A model generated the notes under the pieces. The model ran no database searches, was not told where the DNA came from, and worked only from the letters and a program-made list of their open reading frames with translations. A DNA stretch of 64,000 nucleotides from the NCBI GenBank assembly GCA_963676565.1, contig OY781089.1, positions 416,001 through 480,000 on the forward strand. The letters are read 5' to 3'. The position numbers and the translations under genes were made by a program. This document shows, one piece after another, positions 30,244 to 39,645 of this stretch; position 1 is the first letter of the stretch, and each line of letters starts with the position of its first letter. The stretch is from Halarcobacter sp. (GTDB lineage Bacteria; Campylobacterota; Campylobacteria; Campylobacterales; Arcobacteraceae).

Positions 30244-31022
30244 AACAAATCTTACTAACAAATGATGATGGATTTGATGCAATTGGTTTAAAAGCATTAA
30301 TTGAAGCTTTAAGTCCAATTGCCAAAATAACAGTTGTTGCACCTGCAAAAAACAAATCTGCATGTGGTCACTCTTTAACACTTGACAAACCTTTAAGATT
30401 AGATAACTTTGATGATGATAAGTATAAAGTTGACGATGGAACTCCTAGTGATTGTATTTTTATCTCTCTAAACAATCTTTTTAAAGATAATTACAAACCT
30501 GATTTAGTAATTAGTGGAATAAATATTGGTGCTAATATGGGTGAAGATATTACTTACAGTGGTACAGCAGCAGGAGCCATGGAAGCAGTACTTCAAGGTG
30601 TTCCGGCAATTGCCATATCACAAGTTTGTAAAGATAGATGTCAAGATATAAAAAATGGTTTTGATTTTGCATTGGCAAAGAAAACTATTGCAGAAATCGC
30701 AAAGAAAATTCTTGATAATGAATTCCCTTTAGAAAAAAGAAAATTTTTAAATATAAATATCCCTCCAATTTCAATTGAAGAGTGTGAAGGAATAAGAATT
30801 ACAAAAGCTGGATTTAGAGAATATGGAAACGATACCCATAGACATTATAACCCTAGAGGTGAAGAGTTTTATTGGATTGGCTTACATCCTTTAATTTGGC
30901 AAGAAAGTCCTGATAAAAACTGTGATTTTGAAGCAATTAAAGCAAATTATGTATCAATTACTCCAATAATGTTAGATTTAACTTCATATAATGATATTGA
31001 AAAACTAAATAATTGGTTATAA
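30240..31022 (+). CDS. surE: 5'/3'-nucleotidase SurE
   Basis: ILLTNDDG, GTPSDC, SGINIGAN, YSGT. Confidence 0.97.
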   Translation: MKQILLTNDDGFDAIGLKALIEALSPIAKITVVAPAKNKSACGHSLTLDKPLRLDNFDDDKYKVDDGTPSDCIFISLNNLFKDNYKPDLVISGINIGANMGEDITYSGTAAGAMEAVLQGVPAIAISQVCKDRCQDIKNGFDFALAKKTIAEIAKKILDNEFPLEKRKFLNINIPPISIEECEGIRITKAGFREYGNDTHRHYNPRGEEFYWIGLHPLIWQESPDKNCDFEAIKANYVSITPIMLDLTSYNDIEKLNNWL

Positions 31023-31048
31023 TTACAAATCTTAAAAAAGGAATAAAA

Positions 31049-31306
31049 TTGGATTTAAAAGAAGTTGTACTTCCACATATTGAAAAACTTGTTGGTGACT
31101 TAAAAGATAGTCAAGAATTAAAAGAAGTGCTAAAAAGAAGATTTACAAAAAAAGAATATAAAGTTTTTATTGCTCTTGAAGAGGGTGTTGAATCAGAAGA
31201 TATAGCAAAACAACTTGGAGACAAAGTTGACAGAATAGAAGAACTTTATAAATCAGCTTGTAAAAAATTAAATCAAGAAAAAATAAAACAAGAATTAGTT
31301 TACTAA
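31049..31306 (+). CDS. Small protein with a sigma-70 region-4/LuxR-like helix-turn-helix appearance
   Basis: TTG at 31049 with AAGGA RBS; FTKKEYKVF...SEDIAKQLG...IEELYKSACKKL. Confidence 0.6.
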   Translation: MDLKEVVLPHIEKLVGDLKDSQELKEVLKRRFTKKEYKVFIALEEGVESEDIAKQLGDKVDRIEELYKSACKKLNQEKIKQELVY

Positions 31307-31315
31307 TATTTTAAA

Positions 31316-31343
31316 TTTTTGATAGGAGTATTCCTATCAAAAA
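31316..31343. terminator. Hairpin closing the dnaE-surE unit
   Basis: tttttgatagga-gtat-tcctatcaaaaa perfect stem. Confidence 0.6.
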
Positions 31344-31671
31344 CTGCAATTACTAAAATTTTGTGTGTAAAAAAGACACAAAGTAAAAAAATTAATCATT
31401 TTCTCAAAAAAATTCTTTCTTATTATAAAACAAATAAAAACAAGTTTTAAACACATAAATTCCTGTAAAATTGTATTTTTCTAAACACTTTAATAAGTTA
31501 AAGTAATAATAGTAACATAATATATATTTATATAATAATGTACATAAATAAAGCTTATATTTATACTTATATGCAATTAATATTAATTTACTTAGAATCT
31601 TTAATAATAGATGTACAAGCTTTTTTAACTCCTAAGCTTCACTCATTTTGAATATTAGAAAAAGGAAAAAT

Positions 31672-33039
31672 ATGTCAGATTTTATTAAAGATTCTAATAC
31701 TAATGAAACACAAAAAGTGATTAGTAGAAGAGACTTTTTCAAAAAAACTGGTGCCATGAGTGCAGTTGCAGCAAGTAGTGTTGTTGCTCCATCATTACTT
31801 AAAGCATCAGAAGATGACCCTGCTATTATGCACCACCCTAAATGGGGACAATCTTGGGGAGATCCAGTTACAAAAAATAGATATGGTATCCCTTCAGCCT
31901 ATGAACACAATGTAACAAGAAGAAATACAAAACTTTTAGCTTCAGGTAATTATAGAGCTTCTATTGCTGTTGCACCAATTCATGAATCAGATGGAATTAT
32001 CACTCCAAATGGTTTATTTTTCTCAAGATCTCACGGAGGAACTGCTCATGTAGATCCAAATGAGTATAGACTTATGATAACTGGACTTGTGGAAAAACCA
32101 ATTGTTTTAACACTTGCTCAGTTAAAAAGATATCCAAGGGTAACAAGAACTCACTTTATTGAATGTCCTGCAAATGGTGGGCAAGAGTGGAGAAGACCTC
32201 AATACAACTCTTTACAATTTGCTAAAGGATTTATGTCTTGTGCTGAGTGGACTGGTGTTTATATTAAAACTATTTTAGAAGACTTAGGATTAAAACCTGA
32301 AGCAAAATGGATGTTAGCAGAAGGTAGTGATAACTCAGAGATGGGAAGATCTGTTCCAGTAGAAAAAGTTTTAGATGATGCCTTAATTGTTTGGGGACAA
32401 AATGGTGAAGCGCTAAGACCAGAACAAGGTTATCCAGTAAGATTACTTCTTCCAGGTTGGGAAGGAAATCTATGTGTAAAATGGCTAAAAAGATTAGACT
32501 TTGCAAGTGAACCTTGGTATGCAAAAGAGGAAACTTCAAAATATACAGCCCTTAAACCAACAGGAAAAGCTGTTCAACATTTCTATGCAAATGAAGTAAA
32601 CTCAACAGTTGTAATCCCAAGTCCTGAAAAACCATGGACAGATTTAGAAGATGGAACAATGGTTGAAATTGAAGGTTTAGCTTGGTCAGGTATGGGAACA
32701 ATTACCAGAGTAGATTTATCATTTGATGGTGGGAATAACTATGTTGAAGCAAATATTAAAGGTTTAGTTCTTCCAAAATGTTGGACAAGATGGAGTTATA
32801 TCCATAAATACAAAAAAGGTGAAAAACTTTTATTAACTTCAAGGGCAATTGATGATGCTGGATTTATTCAACCAACTATTGACCAAGAAGTGTTTGGCTT
32901 TGATGTAAAAAAAGAAGATTATGGAAAAGATAAAAATAAGGGTATGGGTGTTGAATCTGTTTACCATAGAAATGCAATTGAAACTTGGGAAGTAAATGAA
33001 AAAGGGGAGGTGAACCATGTTCAAGTTAGAACAATATAA
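31672..33039 (+). CDS. soxC: Sulfur dehydrogenase molybdoprotein SoxC
   Basis: Tat signal SRRDFFK; ITPNGLFF, FIECPANG (Mo-ligand Cys), LRPEQGYPVRL, GWEGN, YHRNAI. Confidence 0.95.
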   Translation: MSDFIKDSNTNETQKVISRRDFFKKTGAMSAVAASSVVAPSLLKASEDDPAIMHHPKWGQSWGDPVTKNRYGIPSAYEHNVTRRNTKLLASGNYRASIAVAPIHESDGIITPNGLFFSRSHGGTAHVDPNEYRLMITGLVEKPIVLTLAQLKRYPRVTRTHFIECPANGGQEWRRPQYNSLQFAKGFMSCAEWTGVYIKTILEDLGLKPEAKWMLAEGSDNSEMGRSVPVEKVLDDALIVWGQNGEALRPEQGYPVRLLLPGWEGNLCVKWLKRLDFASEPWYAKEETSKYTALKPTGKAVQHFYANEVNSTVVIPSPEKPWTDLEDGTMVEIEGLAWSGMGTITRVDLSFDGGNNYVEANIKGLVLPKCWTRWSYIHKYKKGEKLLLTSRAIDDAGFIQPTIDQEVFGFDVKKEDYGKDKNKGMGVESVYHRNAIETWEVNEKGEVNHVQVRTI

Positions 33040-34216
33040 AACATTAGTAGCTTCACTTATAACTACTACAGCACTAATAACAGTTTCACAAGCAAAAGAA
33101 TCTGAGACCTCAGCTTATAATGGCTTATGGAATGCAAAAAAAGATATTAGTGGTGGTGTTTATTACCCTATTAAAAATGGCCAAACAGGACCATATAAAG
33201 TAAACCCTCAAGTTTATAAAGACTCTGATATTTCAAAAGGTGAAGATGGAATAAAAGTATCATTCAACCATGGTAGAGTACCCACAAAAAATGAATACAA
33301 TGCGTGGAATAAAGATATCAATGGTTTAAATGAAGGTCTACCTGATGGATATGGATATGTTGATGAAGGTGAAATCCTTTATGAGCAACAATGTATTATG
33401 TGTCATGGTGACTTTGGTAGCGGTGGAGGTGGATACCCTGCATTATCTGCTGGTAAAGCTAAAGAGATGAAAAGAACTCTTAAAAATAATAGATGGTTAA
33501 ACCCAACTGCAGAAGGCCCTTCTAGAGTATTTGGTTCTTATTGGCCAGTTGCAAGTACTTTATTTTGGTATATAAGAGATGCGATGCCTCATACTAAATC
33601 TAAAACTTTAACTAATGATGAGACTTATTCACTAGTAGCATATATGTTATATATTAATGGAATGAAAGTAAATGGTGAGATTGTAAATGAGACTTTCAAA
33701 CTAGATAAAGAGAAATTCAAGAAAATTTATATGCCAAATAGATATGGGTTTATCCCTGATATTGATGGACCTAATGGAATTGAAAATGTTAGAGCATTTT
33801 ATGAAGTGCCATCAAACTATAGTGCAAAGAGATTGGCAAAAGGTGAAAAACCATGTATGTCAAATTGTCAACAAACTAAAAATATTGTAAGACTTGAAGA
33901 GGGTGCAGGTATTACTGATTTTGAGCCTCCTATTTCAGTGGTAAGAGATTTACCTGCTGTTGTAAAAGATGATGCACACAAAGTAAGTTTTGATCCAAAA
34001 GCAGCCTATGAAGCAAATTGTACTATGTGTCACAACACAGGAGTGGCACCAAAAGCAGGTGATAAAACTGCATGGTCTTCATACTTAGCAAAAGGGATGG
34101 ATAAAGTATATAAAAATGCTCTAGAAGGTACTAACATGGGTATGCCAGCAAAAGGTGGTTCTTCACTTAATGATGAAGAGTTTAAACAAGTTGTTGACTA
34201 CATGTTGAAATTTTAA
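33017..34216 (+). CDS. soxD: Diheme cytochrome c SoxD
   Basis: CIMCH and CTMCH heme motifs, GSYWP, YIRDAMP, MPNRYGF, PCMSNC; overlaps soxC. Confidence 0.9.
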   Translation: MFKLEQYKTLVASLITTTALITVSQAKESETSAYNGLWNAKKDISGGVYYPIKNGQTGPYKVNPQVYKDSDISKGEDGIKVSFNHGRVPTKNEYNAWNKDINGLNEGLPDGYGYVDEGEILYEQQCIMCHGDFGSGGGGYPALSAGKAKEMKRTLKNNRWLNPTAEGPSRVFGSYWPVASTLFWYIRDAMPHTKSKTLTNDETYSLVAYMLYINGMKVNGEIVNETFKLDKEKFKKIYMPNRYGFIPDIDGPNGIENVRAFYEVPSNYSAKRLAKGEKPCMSNCQQTKNIVRLEEGAGITDFEPPISVVRDLPAVVKDDAHKVSFDPKAAYEANCTMCHNTGVAPKAGDKTAWSSYLAKGMDKVYKNALEGTNMGMPAKGGSSLNDEEFKQVVDYMLKF

Positions 34217-34228
34217 AAAGGAATATTA

Positions 34229-34684
34229 ATGAATAGAAGAAATTTTTTAACTTTTGCAGGAAGTTTAATTGCACTTTCTGTAGTTCCTATGAATCTTAGA
34301 GCAACTGATTATAGAAAACTAAAGCCAAAAGTATGGGAAGCTCATACAATTGATGATGCCACAAAAGCATTATATGGAGTAAAAGATGTAATTGAAACAG
34401 ATAAAATTAAAATCAAAATTCCTAAAATCAATTCAAGTGGAGCAGCAGTTCCTGTTAAATTTGAAACATCATTGGATGCAAAAACAGTTGCACTATTTCA
34501 AGATGCAAACCCAGAAAGTGCAGTAGCAGTTTATGAAATAAACAAATATGATTTACAAAAATATGACGTAAAAATTAAAATGGCTGAAAGTGGTACAGTT
34601 ATGGTACTAGTTGAAGCAAAAGATGGGAAAATATACATGGCCAAAGCTACAACAGAAGTTGCAGCTGGTGGATGTGAAGGGTAG
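34229..34684 (+). CDS. soxY: Thiosulfate oxidation carrier protein SoxY
   Basis: Tat signal NRRNFL; C-terminal arm VAAGGCEG; KIKMAESG. Confidence 0.93.
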   Translation: MNRRNFLTFAGSLIALSVVPMNLRATDYRKLKPKVWEAHTIDDATKALYGVKDVIETDKIKIKIPKINSSGAAVPVKFETSLDAKTVALFQDANPESAVAVYEINKYDLQKYDVKIKMAESGTVMVLVEAKDGKIYMAKATTEVAAGGCEG

Positions 34685-34692
34685 GAACTTAA

Positions 34693-35091
34693 ATGGCAAG
34701 AAATAAAATAACAGCAGTAAAAATTAAAATTAATGATGGTGTAGCAACTGCAAAAATGGCATTTTCTCATCCTATGATGACATATAACCAAGCAAAAGCT
34801 AAAACAGGGAATGCAGATGATGCAAACTTTATTACTCATATAACTGGAAAAGTTGGAGAAGAAACAGTTCTTGATATTTCAACAAGTCAATTCTTTTCTA
34901 AAAATCCTATTTTTAAATTCCAATTTAAATGTGATAGTTTCAAAATTGGAAAAAAATTAACAGGTAGAGAGTTAGACAATGGTGTTAAGAGAAAAGATAC
35001 AGAATATGGTGATTCTCTAAAAATTATTGCAATGGACAGAAAAGGTGAAACTTACGAAAAAGAAGTTGAACTTACTGCAAGAAAAAGATAA
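34693..35091 (+). CDS. soxZ: Thiosulfate oxidation carrier complex protein SoxZ
   Basis: HPM, FITHI, SKNPIFKF motifs; follows soxY. Confidence 0.88.
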   Translation: MARNKITAVKIKINDGVATAKMAFSHPMMTYNQAKAKTGNADDANFITHITGKVGEETVLDISTSQFFSKNPIFKFQFKCDSFKIGKKLTGRELDNGVKRKDTEYGDSLKIIAMDRKGETYEKEVELTARKR

Positions 35092-35101
35092 AGGAAATAT
35101 T

Positions 35102-36067
35102 ATGAATAAAAGGTTTCTTTCAACACTTAGTTTTCTAAGCATCTTCTTATTTGCTAACTTATCACAAGCTCTGGCTTCTCAAGATGAGTTAAGGGAAGAT
35201 ATTAGAATTTATAGTATGAAAAACAGTGATGGTAAAATCACAGCAAAAACTATCGAAAAAGCTTTCAAAGATACTGGTTTTGAAATAATCGGTAACAATA
35301 ATATGAATGTTGCCTTTGAAAAAAGATTTGGTGGTGGTAAAGATTTTAAAATCTATAGATTAATGTTTGTGCACAATAAAAAATATGGTGCTAAGCTTTT
35401 AAAAGATTTTCCAGAATTTGGTCTTTTAGCTCCATTAAGTACTTCTGTATATTCAAAAGATGGTAAGACAATAAATATTTCATCTTTATCTTTAACTGGA
35501 ATGTCAAGAATTTCAGGAGTTCCAAAAACAAATAAAGACTTAATTGCATTACATGATCAAATGACAAGAGCTTTAAAAAAAGCACTACCAAAAGGTGAAT
35601 TTATTGAACTAAGTTATAAAAAAATTAGACCTGATGGTGAACTAGTTACTAGATTTGCCTTCGAATTGAAAGTTGAAGATGGTGATGAAATTCAAGATGC
35701 AAAAGATAGTTATCAAGAAACAATGGAAGGAGAAATAGAATCCTTAGGATTTATTGTTGCTGGATTCTATCCTGTAATTGATGACTTATCAGAAAACGAT
35801 GTAGATGATTATGAATTTTATGATACCTATTCTATTTGTAAACTAGAAGTTATCTATCCAGTTCATAAAAAACACCCTGAAGTTGGTGCATTTGCCCCTT
35901 GTACTATGTATATGTACAAGAAAAAAAATGAAAAACTTACTAGAATGGGATATCCTTCAGTTTATAACTGGATTATGTCTACAAATATTTATGATGATGA
36001 ATCATTAACTCCACTTATTGATGCTCAAGATCAATTAGAATCTGCTATAGATAGTACCATGGAATAA
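35102..36067 (+). CDS. Exported tandem-DUF302-domain protein
   Basis: Signal peptide; two repeats with the DUF302-like P-x-x-G-x-x-x-P(C) motif (PEFGLLAPLS, PEVGAFAPCT); AAGGA RBS. Confidence 0.7.
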   Translation: MNKRFLSTLSFLSIFLFANLSQALASQDELREDIRIYSMKNSDGKITAKTIEKAFKDTGFEIIGNNNMNVAFEKRFGGGKDFKIYRLMFVHNKKYGAKLLKDFPEFGLLAPLSTSVYSKDGKTINISSLSLTGMSRISGVPKTNKDLIALHDQMTRALKKALPKGEFIELSYKKIRPDGELVTRFAFELKVEDGDEIQDAKDSYQETMEGEIESLGFIVAGFYPVIDDLSENDVDDYEFYDTYSICKLEVIYPVHKKHPEVGAFAPCTMYMYKKKNEKLTRMGYPSVYNWIMSTNIYDDESLTPLIDAQDQLESAIDSTME

Positions 36068-36072
36068 AAAAT

Positions 36073-36094
36073 GCCCAATTATTTGGGCTTTTTT
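36073..36094 (+). terminator. Intrinsic terminator after the DUF302 gene
   Basis: gcccaa-ttat-ttgggc followed by T6. Confidence 0.65.
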
Positions 36095-36116
36095 ATAATC
36101 TTTTTAAGAGGTAATT

Positions 36117-36599
36117 ATGAAATATATATTTAGTTTTTTACTTATACTTTTTTCAGTGAATAGTTTTGCAGGCGATATAATAGATATTGATAAAAAAATA
36201 CAAAAGGCAAAAAAACAGAACAAAGAACTTATGATATTTTTTCATATTCCAGATTGCCCCTATTGTGAAGCGATGCTTGATGGGAACTTTAAAGATAATT
36301 CAATAATAAAGTTAATTGAAGAAAATTTTATCTTAGTTGATATCTACACAGCAAATAAAGTAGATATTGTCTTTAAAAATTTTAAAGGCTCACCAAAAGA
36401 GTTTGCAAAACATGTAAAAGCAACTGCATATCCAGCTACCCTTTTTATGGATAGAAATTCAAATATATTTTATAGTGCCATTGGATATAGAAATATTCAA
36501 GAGTATATACATGAATTAAAATATATAATTACAAAAAACTATAAACAAATGCCTCTTGATGAATTTGTTGTAAAAATGGAAATAGAAGATGAGTTATAA
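36117..36599 (+). CDS. Periplasmic thioredoxin-fold protein (SoxW-like)
   Basis: Signal peptide, CPYC, YPATLF cis-Pro motif, IGY. Confidence 0.85.
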   Translation: MKYIFSFLLILFSVNSFAGDIIDIDKKIQKAKKQNKELMIFFHIPDCPYCEAMLDGNFKDNSIIKLIEENFILVDIYTANKVDIVFKNFKGSPKEFAKHVKATAYPATLFMDRNSNIFYSAIGYRNIQEYIHELKYIITKNYKQMPLDEFVVKMEIEDEL

Positions 36600-37059
36600 T
36601 GATAATATAAAATTTGATAAACTCCCAGCAGTTGATGATATTGCAGGTGTTTTAGAAGATATCTTTAGTGTAAAACTTGATGTTAATGGTGGCTGGGCTT
36701 ATGATAATAACTCTGCTTTAGAAGTTAACTCTTTAACTATACCCATTGAACAATTTTTACATACATTTGCAGCAATGAGAGCAAATATTGAAATGAATTT
36801 AACACAAGATGAAGAAAAACGTTATGCGGGGATAAACGTAAGTCAATTAGAGCACAAAGAGTTTGAAGTAGAAAATAGAAGATATGACCTAGTTACTTTT
36901 AAAATAACTGCAATAAAAGAAAAAGATTACAATAATTTTATTCAAGAATATAAAGATAATTATGGAAAAGAGAGTTTTGATTTAAAAGAACACTTTGAAA
37001 ATCGAAATAAGGCTACAATCGAAATTCATAGTGACTTTTGGTTTATTTTTAAGTTTTAA
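36589..37059 (+). CDS. Hypothetical protein
   Basis: 156-aa ORF overlapping the thioredoxin stop; no recognisable domain. Confidence 0.75.
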   Translation: MSYNDNIKFDKLPAVDDIAGVLEDIFSVKLDVNGGWAYDNNSALEVNSLTIPIEQFLHTFAAMRANIEMNLTQDEEKRYAGINVSQLEHKEFEVENRRYDLVTFKITAIKEKDYNNFIQEYKDNYGKESFDLKEHFENRNKATIEIHSDFWFIFKF

Positions 37060-37060
37060 A

Positions 37061-38449
37061 TTACATTACAGATAAAAAAGTAAGCTCTTTATCTTCATTT
37101 GAAGCTATAGAGTTTTTACTTTTTTTGAGTTTTTCTTTATCAAAGTTGATTAAAACCATACCTGCAAATTTATTCTCTTTGTAAAATTCTACTCTAAAAA
37201 TTTTTCCTTTCTTATCAACAGAATAATCTTTTAGTATTTTATGTTTTTTAATATTGATGCCAACCTCATTTTTTTTGCCTTTTTTAACAAAACCAATCAC
37301 ATTAACTCTATAATCTTTTATAGGTTTAATTTCAAAATCTGAATCAACATTAACAATTGAACCAATCTCTACGCTTTTTTCTTCACCATCAATATTCATT
37401 AATATTTTTTCACTTAAATCTTCCATCTCAAAATAATCTGGTTTTAAATTTACTAATAATCTATTCCCGTAATAAATACTAAAATAATTATTCTCTCTAA
37501 TAATAGTCATCAATGGGTTTGAAGGTTTGAAATCTAAAGTCCCATCTTTTTTCACGGGGAAATAATTTACTACGTTTCTAATTTCTGATAGAGGAAGTTG
37601 AATTTTATCATCATAAAAAGAGATATAAATATCATTATCTATAACATCTTTTATTGCAACTAAGTCCAAATCAAATTTTCTTTCAAACTCAATTCCCATA
37701 ATATTCATATATTTTTCTAAGGCTAATAAATGATAATATGTTCTTTCATATAAAGGTAATGATTTACTTGCTTCATTTCCAAATGCAGCTTTTCCATTGT
37801 TAATTGCAAAATATGTTAGAGTTTTTTCCATCTCCTTATCACCCATTCTTGTATGAGTGTTTTTTACTCTATAGGCGTCTCTTTCTCTTAGCAGGTTCTT
37901 ATTTACATGTTCACATACTTCTGTAGAGATCTCTTCTAAGTTCCCATAATGTTTAATATCTAAACTAGTTTGATCAATAATTGAACTTTGCCCCCATCTA
38001 TCAGGAGAAAAAGTCCAGTTCGTATACTCTTTTCTATAAAAACCACTTCCATCATGCAGATTTAATATTAACTTTACTTCTGGTGCTTTTATATATTTTT
38101 TGATTCTTTGAACTAGGTTATAGTCAGGATCATTTTCATCTAAATGAGCAAATTTTCTATTCATATCACCAAAAGGACCTCTATCTCTTTTTATAATTGA
38201 ATAAAAATTTAAATTTGGTACAACCCAAACAGAACCTTTTGTAATTTTATAATGAGTAGAAATAAGAGAAGCTGCCATAAAAGCACCAGGCTCATCACCT
38301 TGAATCCCACCTACTATTAATAAAGTATTATCATCTTGAATACCTTTTTTAATAAAATTAAAATCCATCACAGTGGTATTTGCGTAAAGGTTCTGTACAA
38401 ATAAAATTGTAATTATTAATTTAAATAACCTTAACATGCCAAGGCTCAT
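37061..38449 (-). CDS. M99-family peptidoglycan D,L-carboxypeptidase (Csd4/Pgp1-like); the start may be a few codons downstream
   Basis: GGIQGDEPG, DMNRKF, LNLHDGSG, WGQSSIIDQ, KTLTYFA, NEASK. Confidence 0.88.
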   Translation of the reverse strand: MSLGMLRLFKLIITILFVQNLYANTTVMDFNFIKKGIQDDNTLLIVGGIQGDEPGAFMAASLISTHYKITKGSVWVVPNLNFYSIIKRDRGPFGDMNRKFAHLDENDPDYNLVQRIKKYIKAPEVKLILNLHDGSGFYRKEYTNWTFSPDRWGQSSIIDQTSLDIKHYGNLEEISTEVCEHVNKNLLRERDAYRVKNTHTRMGDKEMEKTLTYFAINNGKAAFGNEASKSLPLYERTYYHLLALEKYMNIMGIEFERKFDLDLVAIKDVIDNDIYISFYDDKIQLPLSEIRNVVNYFPVKKDGTLDFKPSNPLMTIIRENNYFSIYYGNRLLVNLKPDYFEMEDLSEKILMNIDGEEKSVEIGSIVNVDSDFEIKPIKDYRVNVIGFVKKGKKNEVGINIKKHKILKDYSVDKKGKIFRVEFYKENKFAGMVLINFDKEKLKKSKNSIASNEDKELTFLSVM

Positions 38450-39377
38450 ATCTTACTCCATCTTTGTTATTAATTGTATATCTCATATCTATATATTTTA
38501 ATTTTCTCATAGCTAAAAACTCTTGAGTTAAGGCAAATCTTGATGTAAAGTTTGCATGACCAAATCCTTTTTTTCCAACATCAAAATCACCAACTGAATG
38601 ATAAGTATATGCAGGAGGGGCTAAAGATTTTGCAGCAACTGTAAAATTTCCATTTTCAGAATTTAATTTGTCTAAAAATAGCTTTGTTTGTTTTACAATA
38701 CTTCTAATTCCTGAAGTTAATACCATAGATTCACCAATATCTTCAACCATTTTATAATATGTCTCTTCTGAGTGTCCTTTAAATAAATAGTGTCCAGTAT
38801 AAGGTATCTTTACAACTTCTTTCGTATTAATTTTATCTGTTAAATTTTTTGAAATTCTTTCTCCATAAAAACCATGCATTTTAGGGTCATAATAAAAAAT
38901 AGATTCTAGAAATTCTAATTCTGATTTTGTAAATTCACCAATATTACTTACATTTCTTGCAATTCTCATACTATAATCAAAAGAAATAATATTGAAGTTT
39001 CCGTATCCTACATAAGATTGAATCGCTGCTAATTTTTTTCTTACTGAAACAAAATCTTCTTTATATTTATCTTCAATAAAAATATCTTTTTTAATAAAAT
39101 TATCACTTTTTAAATCAGTTTTTTCCTCTTGAAGACTATCAACAATATTGACTTCTTCTTCAATTATTAATTCAGGAGTTTCTTTAATCTGCTCTTTGGG
39201 AACGATTATCTCTTTTTTTTGCAAAGTTTCTTTATCTAAAACAACATATTTTTTTTCATCATTATCAAAGAATAATTTTGAAAAAAAATCTGTAAAAACA
39301 TTACTCTCATCCGCTAAAAGGTTTTGCTTTGATGCATATAATAATACTGCTGCTTTAAAAAAATCTCTTCTTTGCAT
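38421..39377 (-). CDS. M15/VanY-like D-alanyl-D-alanine carboxypeptidase family protein with a twin-arginine signal
   Basis: MQRRDFFK; LTSGIRS, APPAYTYHSVGDFD, YEPWHV. Confidence 0.82.
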   Translation of the reverse strand: MQRRDFFKAAVLLYASKQNLLADESNVFTDFFSKLFFDNDEKKYVVLDKETLQKKEIIVPKEQIKETPELIIEEEVNIVDSLQEEKTDLKSDNFIKKDIFIEDKYKEDFVSVRKKLAAIQSYVGYGNFNIISFDYSMRIARNVSNIGEFTKSELEFLESIFYYDPKMHGFYGERISKNLTDKINTKEVVKIPYTGHYLFKGHSEETYYKMVEDIGESMVLTSGIRSIVKQTKLFLDKLNSENGNFTVAAKSLAPPAYTYHSVGDFDVGKKGFGHANFTSRFALTQEFLAMRKLKYIDMRYTINNKDGVRYEPWHVKVI

Positions 39378-39379
39378 AT

Positions 39380-39643
39380 TTATAATACCATTTTAATATC
39401 TTTATGTTCGTCTAATAACTTATGTATCTCTTTTCTATCATCGTCACTATGAACTATCAATTCTATATTATAGCTTTTAAATTTACCTTTTTTACTAACT
39501 TTAGATTCTTTTATTTTATGATCTCTTTCCCCAAATATATCTTTAGAAATATGTTGTACATTTATACTTTCAATGATAACAATTTTATATTTCCAGTTAC
39601 AGGGGTAATCTAATTCTAATTTATGCTTATTTAAATCAATCAA
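39380..39643 (-). CDS. DUF493 (YbeD/HP0495-like) protein
   Basis: LDYPCNWKYK, SKKGKFKSY, IKMVL. Confidence 0.88.
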   Translation of the reverse strand: MIDLNKHKLELDYPCNWKYKIVIIESINVQHISKDIFGERDHKIKESKVSKKGKFKSYNIELIVHSDDDRKEIHKLLDEHKDIKMVL

Positions 39644-39645
39644 AT

